From Macrostomum lignano (lineage: Eukaryota): a DNA stretch of 64,000 bases. Shown one piece after another: positions 63,383-64,000 of this stretch (its first letter is position 1; each line of letters begins with the position of its first letter). Location of the stretch: NCBI GenBank assembly GCA_002269645.1, contig NIVC01002338.1:62001-126000 (forward strand). The letters are read 5' to 3'. The notes beneath the pieces were generated by a model. The model did not search any database. It saw only the letters and a program-made list of their open reading frames with translations, and was not told where the DNA came from. Position numbers and translations under genes: made by a program.

Positions 63383-64000
63383 TAAAACACTTTCTCCTGT
63401 CCTGGCTCAGCGCGATAGAACCGGCTGGACACTTGTGACACGCAGAGCGGGCCGCATTAGTGACATAATCAGACGATGGACATTTTTTGCACTGGGTGCT
63501 GCCAGACTTAGATGAATAAGTACCAGGTCCGCAATACCGGCACGAGGTCGATCCGCGTGTTTTCTCACTCCTTTGTCCAGCAGGGCAAGGCTTGCAGTAA
63601 GCCTGACCCGGCTTATCAGAATAGTAGCCAGGGGCGCATTGGGAGCCAGGAGATGTTGATTCCACACGGTTGATGTAATAGCCTCGCCGAGCGGGAATGC
63701 ATGAAGTTGCATAATGATTAGGTTGATAATAGCCTTTTGGGCATGGGGTGCAGCTCAAACTTCCATATTTTCCTGAGTAGGAACCCCATGAGCAACCTGT
63801 GCAACCAAGACCTGTTCCCGAGCCATAGGTACCTGGACGGCACTTGTGGCAAGATCTGCGGTCGGAAGCAGCCGTGTAACCGGCAGAGCAAGGCGTGTCC
63901 TTCACCGCTCCTTCCTGATTAACATAATGATGGTATCTCGCTTTTTTGCAACTCGATTGGCCTGTCGAAGGCTGGAAGTAGCCGCGCGAGCATTTTTTAC
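63383..64000 (-). CDS. Cys-rich repeat/kringle protein exon (GCC2/GCC3, Ephrin_rec_like-type repeats); open to the window edge
   Basis: Repeated C..C..G.Y/F....G...C..C motifs (CPKGYYQPNHYATSC, CAPGYYSDKPGQAYCKPCPAG, CGPGTYSSKSGSTQCKKC); donor GTGAGC at 63382. Confidence 0.85.

Overview
AT-rich eukaryotic (invertebrate animal) genomic DNA with GT-AG spliced genes, GC-rich poly-Ala/Gln exons and introns full of tandem repeats. The style resembles the flatworm Macrostomum, which I cannot verify. Host genes: the first coding exon of a Mind bomb 2-like E3 ligase (minus strand, continues off the left edge); an 8-exon ARHGAP1/8-like SEC14/BCH + RhoGAP gene (minus, 6.4-26.9 kb, start not located); a 5-finger C2H2 zinc-finger ORF; a 5-exon STOML1/UNC-24-like gene (SPFH + SCP2); an SH3 ORF; and the 3' end of a Cys-rich repeat + two atypical kringle gene (continues off the right edge). 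The rest is satellites and mobile elements: three Merlin-type transposase remnants, a P-like MITE, an EnSpm-like element containing a tRNA-derived SINE, a decayed gypsy RT and several TIR elements. The most striking structure is a 4.9-kb foldback element (40727-45602) with an 8-bp TSD, inverted arms built of a 177-bp satellite, and a 5'-truncated RTE-type LINE as its only core. Also notable are a tandem CCAAT/E-box composite array and a mosaic of CpG-depleted, C>T/G>A-decayed domains. All coordinates and alignments were done by eye.
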